From NCBI GenBank assembly GCA_964016885.1, contig OZ024746.1:64046001-64110000 (forward strand): a stretch of DNA of 64,000 bases, written 5' to 3'. Of this stretch, positions 55,853 to 64,000 are shown one piece after another (the stretch's first letter is position 1; each line of letters begins with the position of its first letter). Source of the DNA: Eledone cirrhosa. Taxonomy: Eukaryota. The translations under genes and the position numbers were made by a program. The notes under the pieces were generated by a model. That model saw nothing but the letters and a program-made list of their open reading frames with translations, ran no database searches and was not told where the DNA came from.

Positions 55853-55965
55853 TGTATGCATGCATGTGTAGATATGGATGTTATTGTATGTGTGGATGTG
55901 TATGTTTTGAGTTGTATGTGTGCATGTGTATATGCTTTGTATCTGTACATGTGTATAAGCAGTTA

Positions 55966-57540
55966 TTAGATGCAAAGTTTTGGGAATGTTTTACATATTT
56001 TTACTGTTCCATTAATGGATTGTACTTGTAGTTTCCTAACTAGTTGTGTTCTTTCTGTTCCTGTGAAGCCCAGCTTCTCAAGATTTGTATTGAGGCAGTT
56101 ACTAACATATCCCAGTGTCCCAATAATCACAGGCATAAATCTGAAGGTATAATCAGGGTGGAGTATCTGCAGATTTCTCATCAGTTCTGCATAAATATCC
56201 TCCTTTTCACTAATCTTTGATATTATATTGGCATCTGCTGGGCAGCTAACTTCCACTACTGTGCATGTTTTCTTCTCCCTGTCCCATATCATAATATCTG
56301 GTCTGTTATGCCTGAATTTTATTGGGGTTTTTACTGGAACATTCCACCAGTACTCTTTCATATTATGTACATGGATGTCTTCCACATTGTTGTAGCTTTT
56401 AATGTGTTTATTATCAGGGCTATCTTTTCTATGGATTGCACTGCACAGTGTTTTGGCCACTACATCATGCCTCATAGGTAGATAGTACCGCGATGACATC
56501 TTTGGACAGCTGCTGATGACATGGGTGATATCCTCAATGTTAGTTCTGCAGAGTCTGCACTTGTTATCACATCTAGGTGTTTTGCCTGCATCCCTATCTC
56601 TTTTGTGAATCAGGTATTTCGTGCTAATCTCCTGTTCTTGGATTGCAAAAGCATATCCTTCAAAGTGGGAGCCAATATAGCGGTTGTTGGTCAAAGATAG
56701 ACTACTTTCCTTATCTATATTACTCTCACTCTGGAGCTTCCTTGCAACATATCCATGCATAATTTTTTGCTGATAGGCATGCAGTTTTTCATCCATGGAT
56801 TCACTGCGATACTGCTGAGCGACATCCCTGGGTGTGAGTTTTTGATTATCACACAGGGAATATCTCTCAAGGAGTTCCTTTCCAACTCTCATGATCTTAT
56901 CTGTTTCATGCAGATAGACTTGCTCGAGAAGCGGGCTCCTACGCTTCGAGGTTCGTAGATGTTGTCGGAGAGATATGATGCGACATTGAAATGTTGTCTG
57001 GACTGATGTTAGGCCTCTGCCTCCCTGCTTACGTTTCAAGTAAAGGCGGTCTATGTCACTGTTGATGTGGCAGTTTCCGGTGTTGTTCAGTATTTTTCGA
57101 GTTCCAACATCAACTGCTCGGATTTTGTTTATCGTCCAATTGAGTATTCCAAATGTTGGTGTTAGGACAGGCACAGCAAACACATTGTGAGCCACTGTTT
57201 TGTTTTGCGCAGAGAGTTCCGATGACCAGATCTTTCTTAACGGGTGTAGTATTCCCTGGTTACGCGTTCTTTATTACAGATACCATTATAGGATATGTTC
57301 TCTTCTATCCCCAGGTATCTGTAGCAGTCCTCATCAGATATCAGTGAAACAGTTAGACTATTGATGACAATGTGGCTAGATTGGGTTGTTGTTTTTCCCC
57401 GCTTTACAGTCATGTATGAGCATTTATCTTGGCCAAACTCCATTCCTATATCCTTTGAGAACGTTGTAACCAGGTCAAGATTTTTCTTCATCCCATCCAT
57501 GTTCTTGGCATAGTGTTTCAGAGCATCCACAAAGAAGTTA
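55966..57540 (-). mobile_element. R4-clade RLE retrotransposon, 5'-truncated in RT
   Basis: FFVDALK, IGMEFGQDKC, YRYLG, RLYLKRKQGGRGL, AIQEQEI, CRLC..HVISSC, RHD, HNRPDI, VEVSCPAD; (CATA)n abuts the 5' end. Confidence 0.9.
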
Positions 57541-57657
57541 TGTATGTATGTATGTATGTATGTATGTATGTATGTATGTATGTATGTATAGAATATAAAT
57601 GCAAATGCAAAAGATGTTGTTGACAATTAGTCTTTTACCTTAAATTTATTTAAATAT

Positions 57658-57692
57658 CCTTAATTTTCGACATAATATCTCTTCTTCGGAGG
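57658..57692 (-). ncRNA. Very minimal hammerhead-like motif
   Basis: CCT-CCGAAGA-aGAGATAtTATGTC-GAAA-AT-TA-AGG followed by AATAAA. Confidence 0.4.
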
Positions 57693-57808
57693 GAAGTAAA
57701 GTTGTTAAACAGCGTTCTAAATAGCTTGCCAAGTCAAGCATTTTTGGCTTTACAAATACAAACGTTTATACCTCATTACACAATGCTTCAAGTGAACTAT
57801 AACTTCCT

Positions 57809-58108
<300 letters not shown>

Positions 58109-58482
58109 AAAATTGGAGTGCTGCGTGGTTGCACATGGGTTACATATGAATAAAATTAGTCCTTCATCATTGATCTTCCAACCTTCATTGGTATTTCATC
58201 GCTTTAAAAATCACATACCTCTGGTTGGTGCGAGCAATAACTAAATACAGTTATTGGGACAAGTAAAATAGGGTGAAGCGAGCGAGACATGTAAACAAAC
58301 AAAGATGGTATTGCAACGGAAAGATAGGAAGAGACAAGTACATGATATCTATAAGCTTAAGCTGGTGAAATCATGGACAAGAGATACAGACCATCCGACA
58401 TGGGTGAGATGTGAGCGAGAAAAGGATTTCACACAGGTCAAACGGGACGTAATGAGAGAGGGGGAGAAGCAGAGAGTGAGTG

Positions 58483-58570
<88 letters not shown>

Positions 58571-58571
<1 letters not shown>

Positions 58572-59120
58572 TTAGATGAGTGGCTTGTGAAGGCTGTACA
58601 AGCCATGTATAGAGGTACAGCCAGCAAGGTTAAAATTAACAATGACTATAGTGAAGAATTTAGCATGCAGGTAGGTGTCCATCAGGGCTCCATCCTTATC
58701 CCTCTCTTCTTATTGCCCTACAGGCTTTAACAGAAGAGTTTAAGACTAGTTGCTCATGGTAACTTCTGTATGCAGATGTTCTAACCCTTATAACTGAATC
58801 TATGGCAGAATTAGAGATGAAATTCCAAACTTGGAAGCATGGCCTAGAATCAAAAAGTCTTAAAGTTAACTTGTCAAAGACTAAAGTCCTAGTATGAAAA
58901 AAGAAAAACAGGGCCCAGATTCCCTCAGAGAAATTACCTTGCTCAGTGTGCAGAGAAAGAGTAGGTATAAATTCCATTATATGTCCTAAATGCAAGCTAT
59001 GGGCACAAAACAGCTGTAGTGGGGGTCACAGGTAGGCTATCATAGAATATAGATTTTATATGTGGCAGATGCACAGGTGCAATAAGTAGCAAGAGCCCAC
59101 AGGATACTAGTTCCTTCAAA
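58571..59120 (+). mobile_element. RTE RT internal fragment after (TA)n
   Basis: DEWLVKAVQAMY, GVHQGS, LESKSLKVNLSKTKVL, finger remnant. Confidence 0.85.
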
Positions 59121-59359
59121 TTTGTATTTTTTATTACTAGAATGTATGTGGCTTGCCACACCTGCATTCTCATAGATTTCTTTTCCCTGCTTCATACCAT
59201 AGTTCTATGAAGCAAACCTCATAATTTTCAAATGATTTTTAAATAATCAAGAATTTTGAGGGATTAAATAACTCTTTACTTTTAATGTATTAAGCTGGTT
59301 TTTGGACCATGACTTAAATGTTTTTATATAATGTCCAACTTGTAATGGTGATCATGCTG

Positions 59360-59665
59360 GTGACACAACAACAAAAAAACAACAACAAAAAAACACCCAG
59401 TCTACTCTACAATGTGGTCGGGCAGGTGACACAACAAATAGTACCCAGTCCACCTTGTAAGTGGTCGTGCTGGTTCTACAATGACAAAGCACCCAGTCCA
59501 CACTGTAACATGGTTGTTGGCAGGAAGGACATCCAGCTGTAGAAACCGAGCCAGAAACAATTGTATATGAGCAAGACATTGTCACCTGACCTAATGTGTC
59601 TCATAATGTGACAACCTGTCTAACCCATTCAAGCATGGAAAATATATGCTAAATGGTGATGATGA
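59360..59665 (+). mobile_element. RTE 3'UTR stub with about 4 repeat units
   Basis: Recurring CACCCAGTCCAC..GT(A/G)A.GTGGTCG units then GGAAGGACATCCAGCTGTAGAAA. Confidence 0.75.
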
Positions 59666-60089
59666 AGTACAATTTTTAGATAAATATAAATACTTTAAAA
59701 CAAACTGTTTTATATTGCACTGGAGGCAGGTTTGTATCAATACAATTAATGCTCAATTGTTTTGGAGGCTCATTTGTGCTTTACATTTTGAGTATTACCA
59801 ATATAAGTTCATTTTTTAGCATATCCAATATAAAGCATCCTTCCTTTGAAGCATGTATGATTGAAATCATGACTAGAGAATATTTTTAACAGTTTACTTT
59901 CAAGTATTTCTAATTCGCTGATTTAACCATTCAAAGTACACAATCATTTTAATATTTTGTCTGTATCAAGACTACTACATATATTTTCCAAGACTTGTTC
60001 AGTTCCAAATCAACTCTGTTCATATAGATCTATGATCAAAGACATTCAAACCATAACCATTCTGTCATTTTTATTTTTACTGAATACTC

Positions 60090-60460
60090 TGGAGGCACAT
60101 GGCTTAGTGGTTAGAGCAATGGAGGCACATGGCTTAGTGGTTAGAGCATTGGCCTTGCAATCGAAAGGTTGTGAGTTCAATTCTCAGACCGGGTGATGTG
60201 TTGTTTCCTTGAGCAAGACACTTTATTTCACATTGCTCCAGTTTACTCAGCTGTAGAAATGAGATGATAGGGACTGAGGTTCCTATCATTCCACTGTAAA
60301 GTGGTCGTGGAGGTGCCACGGCAAAAAAGCACCCAGCACTCACTGTAAATGAGGTTGGTGTTAGGAAAGGCATCCAGCTGTAGAAATCAAGCCAGAATCA
60401 GTTCTCGTCCCACCCTTGCAAGCAGGGAAAAGCGGACGTAAAATGAAATGATAAAATGAT
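60090..60460 (+). mobile_element. CORE-like SINE with RTE tail and a duplicated A-box head
   Basis: TGGAGGCACATGGCTTAGTGGTTAGAGCA in tandem at 60090 and 60120. Confidence 0.88.
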
Positions 60461-61561
60461 GACTCTATCCAGGTTTATATTATCCAATGTATCATATATA
60501 AAATTATGAGGTAGATTTAGCTGCTATTTCTATGAGGTCGAATGACCATGAAGAGGCTTCCTTGTTGCCTGCTGCTTTGATCCAAGCTTAGTTTTTTATT
60601 TTTATCCTATTATATTTTCTCTGGTTTTTGCCATTTCACGTTTGAAATTTATACAGGCTACTTTTTGTTGTTGTGTGTCATCACTTTTTCAGCTGACATT
60701 GATGTCAGGTATGTGGAGGTTTTGTTGTAAATCGAATAAAATAAAATAAACTACATCATTGAATAAGATTGGCAAATTAAGAAAATTTAACAAACTATTT
60801 CAAAAAACTATTTCAAAAAACAAATTTCAGTAATGTTTTCACTGGTAGTCCCTACCATGTACACTTGCATTTAGCATTTAGAAATTTAAAGTAAACTTTA
60901 TTTTTCATGACCTTTTAACTGAATATTTGTATTGTGTACTTATATATTGGTATTAATTGTTTTATTTTGTCACAAATCTATTTTTGAAAGAAAAAAAGAA
61001 AGAAAGATAAAAGAAAATGTGAAATGAAAAATTTATGAAAAGAAAAATTCATATAACCGTTAGGAAAATATCATTAAATGAGTTGTAATTTTCAGTGTTT
61101 AAGGTCAGAAAATTCTTCAGAATTCACTGTCTATTGAAACTCAAGAGAAACAGAAATGTCAATTTGAATGTTATTTTGTAAAGTCTGTAATAATGACATA
61201 ACAATGTGATATTTTCAAAACAGCCCATAAATATCAGTCATGTGATATAGTAGAGGTAAATGGCATAGTTATTGATAAATTGTCACCACACTGCTAGTGA
61301 ATCTCCTTCACTCAGATGATTGTTCAAATAATAAGCAAGAAAAAGGTGATACCACTACTAGCAAATAGGTCAGCTTGATTTGTAGAACATAATATGGTTG
61401 AAAAAAAAATAACAAGTAGTTTGTTGGCTTATAGTTTTCAGTTTGAAATCTTGTAGATATTACCTCTTAACATCCTGTACCACTTGAAACTACACTAACA
61501 AAACATTCTTGAAAAGTTCAAAAACTATCAATGCATAACATTAAGAATTGAAGTCTTTACT

Positions 61562-61777
61562 TTAATTCTTTAGCATTTACATTACTCTATATTTACTATT
61601 GTATTTTCACACCAAAGGCTTTACCTCACATAATATCGAATCTATGAGATTTTGATTTTATTTATTTTGAGAACAATACCTTAACATCAGTATAAGTGGC
61701 CAGTTATGGCTGGTTTTAACAGAAAGAGGTGAGAAAATTCGGGCTGGATATGACCAGTTTAAATGCTAAAGGGTTAA
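61562..61777. mobile_element. piggyBac-like TTAA MITE
   Basis: TTAA-TTCTTTAGCATTTA ... TAAATGCTAAAGGG-TTAA. Confidence 0.8.
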
Positions 61778-62924
61778 TACTACAAATTTTCATGATGATT
61801 TGCCCACCAGTAAAATTACTTTTAACATTTAAATTAAGACTCTCTTTATACTAGGGTCGATATAATTGTTCTAGCTTCATCATCATCATCAGCATCATCA
61901 CCGTTTCATTCCATACTTCCACGCTAGCATGGGTTGTCCTGTTGTGGGCAATGCCAGGTCAGGTGACCATGTCTTGCTCATACAGAACTGATTTTGGCTT
62001 GATTTCTACTGCTGGATGCTCTTCCTAACACCATGCTATAATGAATTGGAACTTAAAAGTGTACTTATATAATATGGTGGAAAGTTTAAATTTATATCTG
62101 AATACTTTAAAACAGATGACTTTGTATCAGAACTAGGTGTTGTCTTAACCAAGTTAGTATTGAAAGGGTTAAGCAATTCCTGTTTATTCAAGAAAACACT
62201 AAATAAAATGTTGGGTAAAAATTAAATTATTTTCTCACTATTTTTTTTTTTTCAATGATTTGAAAGATTTTGAACTCACAATGTAGAGGAACTCAATTAA
62301 ATAATGTAAGATGTGAATCTATGTTGAACCTCTGTTGGTTATAAGTGTTCCAGATGTTTGAACAATAGAACAGCTTGCTTGTGTTTAAAACAGTGACAGA
62401 ATCTATGAAGAATTTTGTGGTCTGCTGTTTCCACTTGCCATATCCTTATTTTTCCACAGCTGGCAGTGGATGAAGTGTTTGTTCATAATACCCTTGTTAA
62501 TATAATAGGCTTGCTAATATAACTATGATGAGACAGAGGCAGTAAGTAAGCCCATTTGATGAATCATGAGCTTTCAAAAAGATTATATACATATTTATTC
62601 CCTCAACATATTTTGATCATGATTGTCATGACAATCATGATCATCCTTTTTTTATATCTATTGTCTATGCTTACATGAGTTAGATAGGTTGTCACATTCT
62701 GAAGCCAAACTAGTCATCTGACTGAGTCTCGTTCATACAGTCCACTCTAGGTTTACCTTCTACTGCTGGATGACCTTCCTGTGCTTTTTATTAGGACACC
62801 AGCTTACTGAGTGGCCGTCTGCTTCTATTGTGGAACCAACACTACCACTTTACAGTGTGAGTTGCTATTTAAAACAAAAAGTAAGGACATGCTGGATAAT
62901 ATAGTGCTAGATACTCTAATGTAG

Positions 62925-63300
62925 TGGTAAATACAGAAGACCTGAGTTCCCATGGGTACAAGCTGAAGCTGAAGCCTATAGACAATATGACCCCATGCCC
63001 CTCCCACTGTAAAGTGGTCATGTATGTGTCACGACAAAAAGCACCCAGTCCACACTGTATAGTGGTTATGTAGGTGTCACGACAAAAAGCACCCAGTCCA
63101 CATTGTAAAGTGGTCATGTAGGCACCATGGTAAAAAAGCACCCGGTTGGTGTTAGGAAGGGCATCCAACTGTAGAAACCGAGCCCAAATCAGTCCTGTAT
63201 GAACAAGACATGGTCACCTGACCTGGCATTGCCCACAACAGGACAATCTGTCTAACCCATGCTAGCATGGAAACATTGACATAAAACGGTGATGATGATG
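62925..63300 (+). mobile_element. RTE 3' stub
   Basis: ORF end GTS*, 3 tandem UTR units, (GAT)n. Confidence 0.82.
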
Positions 63301-64000
63301 ACTCTATGCCTGTATAGGATGGTCACAACTGGAGCATTTTTTATCACAAGTTTTCTTAATCAGTATTAGCTTGTGGCTAATCAATGACATTTAACATTGT
63401 TTGGTACATTTTCCTCTAATACTCTCTACTATCTTTAAAATGGTGACTATATGTTATAAGTTTCAAATTTTGTTGTAGCATACCTCACACAATGGAAGAG
63501 GCTGTGACTATGACGCTGATTGAATGGATTATTTGATCAGTTATTTACGTCTGAAGCAGAACTGATTGGTATTTCTACACAATAACAGCAAAGGTGTTAC
63601 TTTGTTAATCTAAACCCAAGAGTGAAGTGCATTGCAGATGCATATTAATCTTTGAGGGTACATCTGTGCTGAGAAAAATAATGATTCTTTTAGATTACGA
63701 AATCATAAGTATGCAGCTTATATTAAATTATTGCTTTTGGTGTTGAGGATCAAACAGTTTTTTTTTATATAGATTTTACTGGTGGGTATTTTACAAGGTT
63801 CTCATCCTTGGTTTAAACTGAAAATAAATTTATTAACCAAGTAATTTGAATTGAGAGTTAACATAATGCAGTTGCCTTTTACTAAGATTTCCACCAGTTA
63901 CAATGCTAATCTGCAATATAGCTGATAGGTTGCTTTTTCTGAAAAAGAATACACATATGATAGTAAGTGGGGTATGTGTATTAGTACAAAATGTAGGGGG

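Noticed and set aside
55654-57195. Hammerhead as the 3' part of the adjacent R4 element
   Set aside because: Its homologue at 36911 is linked to a PLE remnant rather than R4, and the other R4-type copy has a different 3'UTR; likely juxtaposition

Overview
AT-rich eukaryotic (animal) genomic DNA, most likely intronic/intergenic sequence of an octopod cephalopod (inferred from repeat families and huge (TA)n/(CA)n/(GAT)n tracts; not provable here). No intact gene, rRNA, tRNA or CRISPR array is evident. The window is a nest of transposon relics: an RTE-clade LINE with a PHD finger inside its RT (about 6 coding copies plus many 3' stubs), CRE-like and R4/Dong-like RLE retroelements, Penelope-like elements (PLEs; Neptune-like and Naiad-like), two tRNA-derived SINE families, Helitron-type, hAT, piggyBac-like and mariner MITEs. 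Most notable: two canonical, mutually covarying minimal hammerhead ribozymes (36911-36966 and 55654-55708, minus strand) sharing an upstream hairpin, plus several degenerate ones; two large fold-back structures; SINE tail swapping; and microsatellite-associated LINE insertion. A few low-confidence exons suggest a minus-strand host gene. Coordinates were read by eye and element edges are approximate.
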